Position numbers and translations under genes: made by a program. A stretch of DNA of 64,000 nt, taken from positions 39,981 through 103,980 of the forward strand of contig CBFHUR010000003.1 in assembly GCA_965658895.1 (NCBI GenBank). Reading direction: 5' to 3'. How positions within the stretch are numbered: position 1 is the first letter of the stretch; the number at the start of each line of letters is the position of its first letter. This document shows, one piece after another, positions 19,301 through 26,949 of the stretch. The notes beneath the pieces were generated by a model. It was not told the DNA's origin. It made no database searches and was given only the letters and a program-made list of their open reading frames with translations. This DNA is from Candidatus Binatia bacterium (GTDB taxonomy: Bacteria > Desulfobacterota > Binatia > UBA12015).

Positions 19301-19389
19301 CCGAGACCAGCCAGACAGCCCGCCATCAGGGAGGTCCCCGAGCGGTGCATGCCGAGGACGAAAAGTGCGGATTTTTCGTTCATGCCCAA
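16372..19389 (-). CDS. Multidomain sulfotransferase-like + coiled-coil + class I SAM methyltransferase + GT-B glycosyltransferase
   Basis: LGMHRSGTS and IKDPR; coiled-coil EMAQEVEDLRR...; VLEAGCASG, FGDVLEH, GIMDETHLRFFT; FDIDD and KSAIKFLDYA. Confidence 0.85.
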   Translation of the reverse strand: MGMNEKSALFVLGMHRSGTSLMAGCLAGLGVDFGSDMVPAREGVNAKGFFEHRQILEVHDRLLGLLESDWMDPCPLPTGWAKGAGATAEAQRLQTILHRDLSSPLIGIKDPRLARLLPLWTDLMEREGRATKTIIVLRKPSEIAASLARRDQFSEERSLLLWLNQMLGAEEVTRGLPRLFINFEDLLAAPAESCERISDRLEIQFPILPTEGRTILEEFATKSLQHHHIDTAENPMVKEAWDIFRKAASDPSFCPGDALHDLRKKTAAGNELFGATHREMAQEVEDLRRAFRDSITALKHRERQLEDVNQGFQTALNSLRELGVVEAEEPLPEVLARLPEDPPPPIEITPVLAEKLATTAPPATKKPDLTYKGAIDFSIENNSHTLAFRFLTEASAGKHCRVLEAGCASGYFGQALREFGHDVWGVETDPESAAVASESIENVFVGTIENFLESDDRPTAFDFVTFGDVLEHIADPGKVLQQTRELLGPEGYVIASIPNVAHLAVRSMLLEGRFEYSKLGIMDETHLRFFTRDSILELFAAAGFAVERIATTILPVAATGIPVSSGATAAATAACDDDETNVFQFVILARPAKGAGGSNPPATLRAKAGKRVLALPPVANSTLVDIRIRQPLRAWSEQLGGHFRCGNLATPLAEDIAWAEIVVLQREANEPTLELIRQLKNAGKKTVFDIDDLLTEIPDYLLSSHTTGKRRELLERTLAEVDAITVATEQLREAYRDLNPNIFVVPNTSSAMPPLPPLDSEDSRVALIVASSDTVRLDFITQCLREVQAAVGEKIRLIGVGPPGEYLAAQGIPIERNKNLSYESFRLFLQSLPSAIGLIPLNDSRFNSCKSAIKFLDYAQAGVVSICSEVPPYTDVVEDRKTGRLAPNTTEAWKQAIIDLVDDSQQRQDLARAAHRAANNEWGSRNAAIAWQSLVEHLGPYPPRNAAVDPNLINSMDVPNQALRVLDKLRDIVIRIQDPHRSAKVRRIWKNEGLLGFGRRLLGRN

Positions 19390-19448
19390 TCTTCCCTGTT
19401 GGGGTGCGGGAAGTAAAACGTTTGGGCGATAGGCAGGACGAATCGATG

Positions 19449-19483
19449 CCCGACTCGATCGCCACCGGGGCGATCGAGTCGGG
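19449..19483. other. Perfect 15-bp stem-loop between the S8 protease gene and the glycan-modifying gene
   Basis: CCCGACTCGATCGCC-accgg-GGCGATCGAGTCGGG; no U-tract on either strand. Confidence 0.75.
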
Positions 19484-19489
19484 GATTCG

Positions 19490-22351
19490 CTAATTGGTCT
19501 TTACGGCAACACTGGTAGACCCACGGACCTGGTTCTGGTCATCGACGAACTCCAGATAGATACGTGAGCCGGCGGGGTCGAGCGCTACAGCCTGGTTCGC
19601 TTTCACGAAGATCGAGAAGGTCGGCGAGCCGAGCTCCCCGATCGACGTGCTCACGCTGGGCGCCGGTGGCGCCAGGCATGCCGCGGTAAGCGGGTTGGTT
19701 TCGCAAATGCTGATCTCCAGACCGAGACTTGTTTTCGAGGCTCGTGGTGTGACCGTGAGATCGCCGGCCGCGCCCACGTTAATGGAGGCCGTGGCGAAAA
19801 ATCCGGTCTCTCCGACTCCGGGCACCTCGACAATCCCGTTGTTGGTCACAGTTGCCGAGAGAGCAATGATATCCGGCATTGCTTCGGCCGAAGCCGAGAG
19901 CAGCAGGGTATTGATCCCCGGGAGTGGCCCCGCTGGTTCCGAGTTCAGACAATCAAAGATGAGCTCGACTTCGACCGGATCAAACTCGGCATTCGGGACG
20001 ATCTGGAAGCCCCATGTGGAGTAGTCTCCTCCCGCCATGCTCGTGGTTGGATTCGAGCCGCTGATCCTGCCATTGGTGCTCCGGTCGGTCAGGAAACTTG
20101 TGAACGTTGCCGGAATGTCGGTCCCCATGGTCAGCGTGCAATTCACAGCCGGGAAACTCGTCGTATTGAAGACCGTGGCGAAGGCGGAAGCGTTACCGCC
20201 CACGATCACCGATCGGCTGGTGGGGAGAATGGAGCTGACGATCACGGTCGGCCCTTCGATCACGGGGATCGTTGGTGTCGGCGTGGGCGGAGGTGCGGGC
20301 GTCGGTGTCGGTGTCGGCGTCGGCGTAGGCGTCGGCGTAGGTGTCGGTGTCGGCGTCGGCGTAGGTGTCGGCGTCGGCGTAGGTGTCGGTGTGGGCGTCG
20401 GCGTGGGCGTGGTGTCGGGCGTTGGCGTGGGATCGGGCGTCGGGTCCGGGGTGGGGGTGGGGGTCCAGTCGGGGTCCACAATCCCGGCGGGCATTTGGAC
20501 GAATCCGTAGCCGCTATAGTTGTCGGTCCCGGATTCGTCGGCTTCTGCCAGCGCTCCATCGACCAGCGCCTGCTTCAGTTCGATTGCCGTCAGGAGGGGC
20601 AGGCCATCGCTTAGGCGCTTGCCCTGCACGACAGTGGCCAGACCGGTGACAGTCGCGACGGCCGCCGAGGTGCCACGGAAGGAGCCGGTGTCAAAAAACG
20701 CGTAGTCGGCCGTGTAGTTGAAAACGTCATAAGGGCCGGAGACCTCCGGCTTTACCAGCAGCGGGTCGGCCGTCGGACCGCGTGAGCTGTATTCGGTAAT
20801 TGAAATTTCGTCGCCGGCGCCAACCGTGAGCGCGTTGGCAACCACGGCCAGATCGGTCAGGCTGTCGGGTTGTGACTCATCCCGGTCAATGTCGAACATG
20901 GCGAACTCGAGGCCCGGGGCACACATGACCCGGAACTCGGGAAAGAGCGTCGGGTCTGCGGTCGACGTGCGATAGACGCCGATGGTATAGGCTTCATCGA
21001 CCTCGAAACTCGCCTGGAAATTGACTGTCACTCCCATGTTCTTGGAAAGAACTGCCGGATCGCTTGCGCGATCCGAGGGGCAGAATGCCGGCCAATCGCA
21101 TGGGTTGTTGGTGTCATTGTCGCAGGGAGGGGTCTCCCAACCGACGCGATAGATCCGGAATTTATAATCGTTGGGGTCGACACCTTCCATTTCCTCGATG
21201 GCGGTCATGCAGGTAACGTCAAACGAGGCGACATCGTAGTAGCCCGATTCGAAATCCCAAGGTTCCGTGGCTGACAGAAGCGGGATCATGAAGGTGGGGT
21301 CGGCCTCGAAGGTGTGGAAGTTGGTGTCATCATTCGCATCCAGACAGACGCCATTTTCGGGACCGTCCTCGGGCGTGCACTCATCACAGGGACGAAAGGT
21401 GTCCTTGTAGCTTCGGGTGGCCTCGTTGCCGGCACTGACGACGACCAGGGTGCCGGCCGCGGTTGCGTAGTCGATCGCGGTGGCAAACCGGTTGGTCCCG
21501 CCGTTCTCGATGGCGATGGGATCACTCATGGTTTCCATGGAGGTCAGAGCAATCGCAATGACCGCGACCCCGCGGTCGGTGGCATCATAAATGCCGGCAG
21601 CGATGCCGGCGATTCCCTTGATGCCATAGAGGAGAACCTCGGAGGCAGGGGCGATCTCGAGATGGGATTCCAACATGGCGGTGCCATGTTCACGGGTGCC
21701 CATCTCGTTGACGTTGCCCAGGAGTCCCTCGAAAAATGCACTGCCGGAAGCCTGTTTTTGTTTGAAGCGATTCTCGCTCGGAATCACCGGCAACTGATCG
21801 GGCTCGACGGTCGGGATCGCGTCGAGAAGGCCCCATTCGTAATCGATAATAGCAACCAGGACCCCTTCGCCTTGATGGCCTTGTTCGCGCGATCGGTAAA
21901 AGTCCAGAGAAGGCGGAAGCCCACCCCATTCCGAGTCAAAACTCGAATCCGGGAAGTCCGCGGGAATCGGTAGCGAGGGCTCAGTCAGGCGTCGGACGAA
22001 TGGCAGCGATGCGATCGCCTGTCGAGCACTGGCGGGCGCGGTAAATTCCATCGATACAAAGTTGACGATCGCCGTGTCGCCCAGATCCGCCCCATGGTTC
22101 TCGAGGATCTGGATGGTTTCGGCGAGAACCTCGCGCGAGTCCCAGGAGCGCAGAAGTCGGCTTTCGGATTGCAGGGCAATATCGATTGCCTTGCGGCGTG
22201 CCTGCAGCCGGGCAGCGTCTGCCGCCGGGAGGTTCTCCGCTCGCAGGGTGATGTCCATTCGATCGAGGGGCATCGGGGTGAGCTGTTCTGCTCGCGCGGA
22301 TGCAACAAGCAGAATGCTCCCGATGGCGATGGCCGAGGCCAAAAACCACAA
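19490..22351 (-). CDS. Secreted S8 (subtilisin-like) serine peptidase with Pro-Thr linker and ~250-aa C-terminal beta-rich domain
   Basis: Triad VAIID, EHGTAM, FRGTSAA; oxyanion SAGNE; signal-like [20 protein letters not shown]; start uncertain (ORF is open up to 22528). Confidence 0.82.
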   Translation of the reverse strand: MWFLASAIAIGSILLVASARAEQLTPMPLDRMDITLRAENLPAADAARLQARRKAIDIALQSESRLLRSWDSREVLAETIQILENHGADLGDTAIVNFVSMEFTAPASARQAIASLPFVRRLTEPSLPIPADFPDSSFDSEWGGLPPSLDFYRSREQGHQGEGVLVAIIDYEWGLLDAIPTVEPDQLPVIPSENRFKQKQASGSAFFEGLLGNVNEMGTREHGTAMLESHLEIAPASEVLLYGIKGIAGIAAGIYDATDRGVAVIAIALTSMETMSDPIAIENGGTNRFATAIDYATAAGTLVVVSAGNEATRSYKDTFRPCDECTPEDGPENGVCLDANDDTNFHTFEADPTFMIPLLSATEPWDFESGYYDVASFDVTCMTAIEEMEGVDPNDYKFRIYRVGWETPPCDNDTNNPCDWPAFCPSDRASDPAVLSKNMGVTVNFQASFEVDEAYTIGVYRTSTADPTLFPEFRVMCAPGLEFAMFDIDRDESQPDSLTDLAVVANALTVGAGDEISITEYSSRGPTADPLLVKPEVSGPYDVFNYTADYAFFDTGSFRGTSAAVATVTGLATVVQGKRLSDGLPLLTAIELKQALVDGALAEADESGTDNYSGYGFVQMPAGIVDPDWTPTPTPDPTPDPTPTPDTTPTPTPTPTPTPTPTPTPTPTPTPTPTPTPTPTPTPTPAPPPTPTPTIPVIEGPTVIVSSILPTSRSVIVGGNASAFATVFNTTSFPAVNCTLTMGTDIPATFTSFLTDRSTNGRISGSNPTTSMAGGDYSTWGFQIVPNAEFDPVEVELIFDCLNSEPAGPLPGINTLLLSASAEAMPDIIALSATVTNNGIVEVPGVGETGFFATASINVGAAGDLTVTPRASKTSLGLEISICETNPLTAACLAPPAPSVSTSIGELGSPTFSIFVKANQAVALDPAGSRIYLEFVDDQNQVRGSTSVAVKTN
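20271..20464 (-). repeat. Hexanucleotide coding repeat encoding a (Pro-Thr)n linker
   Basis: Degenerate GTCGGC/GTAGGC/GTCGGT units on the + strand; translates to PTPTPT... within the S8 ORF. Confidence 0.92.
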
Positions 22352-22846
22352 GAATCCCGAAATGCGTCGGACGTCATCTGATTGCGAGTATGTTGCGTAT
22401 TCCCTGTAAGCCTTCAAAAGAATCTCCTTTGGTGCCGAGCGAAGAGTGGACCATAGTCGGAAGCAGACTTGCAGGAATCGGGGTCTCGGTTGGGAACGAT
22501 GCAAGAAAGCGGCCGTTTTGAGGCCCAATTCCCTATACTTTTATCGATCGGAGAATTGCAAAACTGCAGTTTCACACAGCTTTGAGAGGGTTTTTGTGCT
22601 GGCGCACGAGTGGCCCTGTCGCGGGCTGCGTCAACCCGAGCTTTTTGTCTATGCTTCGGCATCGTTTCGGTTCTCTTTAGCTATCGGCAATTCTGCCCGA
22701 AGTACGACGATTTCGGCAAGCGGGAATTCAACTGGCAGCGCGCGCTTGGCCCAGCATCTGCCATATTTTTCCGAAACTTCGCGAAGAGCCCGCAAATATC
22801 CCATAGATTGTGGTCTCTTCTTTGGCTTTCGGCTAGAGTGCGCCCC

Positions 22847-23638
22847 GTGGTGGATCCGTATCTCAGCTTGTCCGGTTTTGTCGTGGGCACCCTGGTCGGG
22901 ATGACGGGCGTCGGAGGGGGTGCTCTGATGACGCCGTTGCTGATTCTCGTTTTCGGGATTGCCCCCACGACCGCGGTTGGCACAGACCTCGCCTATGCCT
23001 TTATCACCAAAATATTTGCCTCGGCGAGCTATATTCGCCGAGGTCAGGTGAATTTCCCCTATATTCGTTGGCTGATTGTGGGATCGGTCCCCGCATCGCT
23101 TTTTGCGGTCATGTGGTTACTGCCGCGACTGACCGAGAGCGGTGTGGACCCCGAGAGCTTTGTGACCCATCTGCTGGGCATCATGCTGCTGGTGGTGGGG
23201 ACCGTAAATGTCCTCGAGCACTGGTTTTTTTCCGGCCAGCTTCGCGATTCGCGATTGATTCGGAATCGCCATGTGCAAAAGCGTTTCAAGGAACCCATTC
23301 TGGTGCTGGGCGGGGTTCTGATCGGTCTGGGCGTCGGACTCACCTCGGTCGGATCCGGATCGGTGCTGATGGCCGTTCTGCTTCTGGTCTCCGAGCTACC
23401 TATTTTGGTCCTGATCGGAACCGATATCGTTCATGCAACCATCTTGCTCGGGGCCGCCGGGATGGCTCATTGGGCTTCGGGGAACGTTGACTGGATGATC
23501 GTACTTTCCTTGCTGGTGGGATCCGTCCCCGGGGTTTATTTCGGCAGCCGCATGGCCCAGCATGTACCTACCGGTCCCCTCCGGCTGGCACTGGCCCTCC
23601 TCCTGGTCGGCACCGGGCTCAAGCTGGCTATCGGCTAG
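22847..23638 (+). CDS. Sulfite exporter TauE/SafE family
   Basis: GMTGVGGGALMTP, AVGTDL, GLTSVGSGS, IGTDIVHA, GSVPGV; TAGAGT 7 nt upstream of GTG. Confidence 0.9.
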   Translation: MVDPYLSLSGFVVGTLVGMTGVGGGALMTPLLILVFGIAPTTAVGTDLAYAFITKIFASASYIRRGQVNFPYIRWLIVGSVPASLFAVMWLLPRLTESGVDPESFVTHLLGIMLLVVGTVNVLEHWFFSGQLRDSRLIRNRHVQKRFKEPILVLGGVLIGLGVGLTSVGSGSVLMAVLLLVSELPILVLIGTDIVHATILLGAAGMAHWASGNVDWMIVLSLLVGSVPGVYFGSRMAQHVPTGPLRLALALLLVGTGLKLAIG

Positions 23639-26430
23639 GATCTCTCTTCGAGCCAGTTGGAGAGGTCGGCCGCACAGCGGCGACGCAATTCCTCCCCTAT
23701 ATCGAATCGCTCCATGGCAATTTTCAGGGCGCGTGCTCCCGTCGGGACGGGGTTGGCTCGGAAGAAGGTCGAAACCTCACGACGATACTCCTTGGTTTGC
23801 AAACTGGCTGTCGCTTCGACCAGACGGGATGCCATCATGGGCGGCAGGCGACCGGAGAGTTTCTCCCAATTATCGCGGATGAAGTTCCATGTCTTGGGGC
23901 GAGCAACTCGATTCGCCAGCGAGCGGATCAGCACGAAACCGACATCCTGCGTCGCTACCTCCGGAGTCAGCGTCATGTTCAGACATTGGTCGATGGTTTT
24001 TGGTTCGCGGAAATCCGCCAATGCCAATTGGTGCCGACGTCGCTCCTGAGGTGTGTCGGCAAATTCCAGAGAACCCCGCAACTTGGTGAAGCGTTCCAGA
24101 TCTCCATTGCGCGCCGAGATCGCTACAACCGAGTCAGCAAGATTCGGGTCCAGGCCGGTTGCGTCCTCGAGATAGCTCTCGAAGCGTGCCGCGGCTTCGT
24201 CGGCGATCAGAGGGTCTTCGCCGAGGAGTCCAACAATCCGCAGCAGGGCGCCGCGCCGAAGCCGCCCGGCGGCATCCTGGTCTCCGTTCCATCCGAGTTC
24301 TTTCCACGCGGGACCCCAGGTGTCCCGGATCCAGCTTTGGAGTGCTGCGCGTGTGGTATCGCCGGCGGCGCTCGCGAGTTGGTCATCGAGAGCCAACAGA
24401 GGAGCGGAGATCGCCTCCAGAACCTCGAAATCAGTCTCCCCGCCGAGATTGTCGAGCAGGTTCAGGATACTTGCGAGTTCGGCTCGACCAGCGCGGACGA
24501 GCGCCCATTGGTGGCCTACCAAACCCATACGCTCGACAGCATGGAGGCGCTGGCTGGCTTCAGTGGTCAGCGTCGCGAGATCCTCGCTGGTGTGGAGGGG
24601 GCGGTAGAAACCGCCCTCGGCGGCATTGCCATAGAACCAGGGAACCGCGTCGCCGCTCGCCAGAGGAACCCATTCGCTTTTACGCTTGATCAGAGCTCTC
24701 GAGACCGCCTTGCGGCCGCGCCCGGGAGTTTTGACCAGGAGCGGGATGGGCCAGGTGGCAGGACTGGTCTTGGTGATCTTGGTTGTGGGACTGCCCAGGA
24801 ATCGATCCTGCTGCACCCGGAGGCCGGCTTGACCATCCTTTTCCTCTGCCGCCAGGCTGACCACAGGGAATCCGGGTTGGGTGATCCAGGCCTTCACTAT
24901 TTTTTCCACCTCCACGCCGGAGGATTTCGCCAGAGCCTTCCAGAGATCACGCCCTTCGGCGTTCGATTCGCTATGTTCCTTCAGGTAGTTCCGCACGCCC
25001 TTCTGGAAAGGCTTCTCCCCCAAATACGCTTCGACCATGCGGACCACCGAGGCGCCTTTTTCGTAGGTGATCGCGTCGAAATTCTCGGTCGCTTCCGTGG
25101 CGTTCTTCACCGGCGCATAGATCGAATGGGTATTGGCCAACGCATCAAGGCCGAGGGCGGCCGCGCGATGGGGCTCGAAATTCTTCCACATCTCCCATTC
25201 AGGTTTCCATTCATCGATGATCTTGAAGGCCATCCATGTCGCGAAGGCTTCATTGAGCCATAAATCATCCCACCACTTCATGGTGACGAGATTGCCGAAC
25301 CACATATGGGCAAGCTCGTGTGCGATGACTTCGGCGACTCGCTTTTTCTCCGCCATGGTAACTGTGTCGGGGTCCATGAGGAGGAGCGTCTCGCGAAAGA
25401 AGACGGCGCCAGCGTTCTCCATGGCGCCCGCCTCGAAGTCGGGCACGGCAACCAAATCGAGCTTGTCGTAGGGGTACGGGATGCCGAAGTATTTCTCGAG
25501 CAGCTGCAAAGAGGCGACGGCACACTCGAGGGCAAAGCCGGCGAGATGGGATTTTTCCGGGACGTGCCAGACGCGCACCGGGACGGTTCCGACGTGACGT
25601 TGTTCCTCGCTCTCGAGTTCTCCGACGCCGATCGCGCAGAGATAGGTAGAGAGTTTCGGTGTCTCGGTGAAATGCCAGGTGGTCGTTCCATTGGCATTGG
25701 TTTCGGAATGCCGCATGGGATTATTCGAAATCACCGTGAAGCCGGATCGGGCGGTTACGGAGAAGGAAAACTTGGCTTTGAAATCCGGCTCGTCAAAGCA
25801 GGGGAAACAGCGACGAGCATCCGCGGCTTCCAACTGCGTGAACGCATAGCGCCGGTTCCCGCTTTGCGCAGCGTAGAACCCCCGCAATTTTTGTTGCAGA
25901 TCGGCGTGGAATTTCAGGCCGAGAGAATAATTCCCCGGAGCCAGGCGATTGGAGAACTTGATTTCCATGGTTTCCCGCCCCGGCCTTGGGGTCACCGAGG
26001 CGGCGATCTGCTGGCCGCGGGCGCCGCGTTGGGCGGGCGAGGCACTGGGCGGGGGGGCGCTGGGGCGATAGATCTGGCCTCCCGTGGGCACGATCTGCGC
26101 ATGATCCATCTCCATATCGGCCGCATGCAGTTCGATGGTGGACGTCGCTTTGAGGATTTGAATCTCGATCAACGCCTCGCCCCGGAAATGGCCGCGGTTG
26201 AGGTCGGGAACCAGATGAACCTGATAATGGACGGGAAGCACGTTGCGGTTCAGTCGGAAACCGCTGTCGGCACGTGTCGGCGCCTTGGGACGGTTCACCG
26301 TAACGGTGGGGCCATTTTTGGCGACTGTTTTACGCCGAGGCGTTGGTTTGGCGGGCGCCTTTTTCTTGTCGGAGCCGTCTTTTCCGGCCGCGCCTGCTTT
26401 GCTTCTTGCCTCGGTATTTGATGGGGCCAC
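23635..26430 (-). CDS. pepN: M1-family aminopeptidase N with ERAP1-like C-terminal domain
   Basis: GAMEN, HELAH-x18-E (WLNE), ARRCFPCFDEP, YEKGA; strong AGGAGG RBS. Confidence 0.92.
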   Translation of the reverse strand: MAPSNTEARSKAGAAGKDGSDKKKAPAKPTPRRKTVAKNGPTVTVNRPKAPTRADSGFRLNRNVLPVHYQVHLVPDLNRGHFRGEALIEIQILKATSTIELHAADMEMDHAQIVPTGGQIYRPSAPPPSASPAQRGARGQQIAASVTPRPGRETMEIKFSNRLAPGNYSLGLKFHADLQQKLRGFYAAQSGNRRYAFTQLEAADARRCFPCFDEPDFKAKFSFSVTARSGFTVISNNPMRHSETNANGTTTWHFTETPKLSTYLCAIGVGELESEEQRHVGTVPVRVWHVPEKSHLAGFALECAVASLQLLEKYFGIPYPYDKLDLVAVPDFEAGAMENAGAVFFRETLLLMDPDTVTMAEKKRVAEVIAHELAHMWFGNLVTMKWWDDLWLNEAFATWMAFKIIDEWKPEWEMWKNFEPHRAAALGLDALANTHSIYAPVKNATEATENFDAITYEKGASVVRMVEAYLGEKPFQKGVRNYLKEHSESNAEGRDLWKALAKSSGVEVEKIVKAWITQPGFPVVSLAAEEKDGQAGLRVQQDRFLGSPTTKITKTSPATWPIPLLVKTPGRGRKAVSRALIKRKSEWVPLASGDAVPWFYGNAAEGGFYRPLHTSEDLATLTTEASQRLHAVERMGLVGHQWALVRAGRAELASILNLLDNLGGETDFEVLEAISAPLLALDDQLASAAGDTTRAALQSWIRDTWGPAWKELGWNGDQDAAGRLRRGALLRIVGLLGEDPLIADEAAARFESYLEDATGLDPNLADSVVAISARNGDLERFTKLRGSLEFADTPQERRRHQLALADFREPKTIDQCLNMTLTPEVATQDVGFVLIRSLANRVARPKTWNFIRDNWEKLSGRLPPMMASRLVEATASLQTKEYRREVSTFFRANPVPTGARALKIAMERFDIGEELRRRCAADLSNWLEERS

Positions 26431-26523
26431 GCAAAATCCTCCTCCTAGTAGTTGGCGAGAGGAGGTGGTCTTCGCAAGGGCACCCCGCGGGCGAGGTCTA
26501 TTTTCCTTATATATAACAGTAAC

Positions 26524-26937
26524 TTATGGCTTCATATTTTTTCGATGATGGGCATGTGGATCGCCCTCCGGAACCTGCTTGAGGCAGTCGGGGTCGCCTT
26601 TTTGGGTAATTTCGACCGTGACGCCATCTCCGCGAAGGATTCGTACGAGGTCCCCTGGTTTCACCTCTCCCAATTCGGTCAACGGATAGGCCATGGGCGA
26701 CAAGGGGGGAGGCGCATCGAGGTCTGTCAGCACGATGACTTTGGCTTCCTTTTCCACCTGCAGGACGCATTGGGGAACGGGCTGGGCCGTTGCATCGGCG
26801 CCGAAGCTGGACGCCGGGCTGACCAGCAGTCCAAAAAGCAGGCCCAAAAGCAGGGAGGGGCGCAGGATGGGTCGGAGGTTGGGTTGGAGGTTGGCGTTCC
26901 GGCCGCAGCCGTTGAATCTCGAGCGGATCAAATGCAT
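26524..26937 (-). CDS. Small secreted hypothetical protein with C-terminal His motif (start uncertain)
   Basis: Signal-like LLLGLLFGLLVSPASSFGA, two Cys in the predicted mature part, DPHAHHR tail; lies directly downstream of the AKR gene. Confidence 0.6.
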   Translation of the reverse strand: MHLIRSRFNGCGRNANLQPNLRPILRPSLLLGLLFGLLVSPASSFGADATAQPVPQCVLQVEKEAKVIVLTDLDAPPPLSPMAYPLTELGEVKPGDLVRILRGDGVTVEITQKGDPDCLKQVPEGDPHAHHRKNMKP

Positions 26938-26949
26938 AGGGTTCCTCGT

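Noticed and set aside
20037-20510. (Gly-Val)n repeat ORF on the + strand, and the repeat as a possible CRISPR array
   Set aside because: It is the antisense reading of the Pro-Thr linker; the unit is 6 nt with no spacers and there are no cas genes.
22360-22846. Long, lower-GC region as an sRNA, sigma54 promoter or N-terminal extensions of the S8 and TauE ORFs
   Set aside because: Only a weak GG-N10-GC match; the extensions look non-protein-like, so it is most simply a divergent promoter region.
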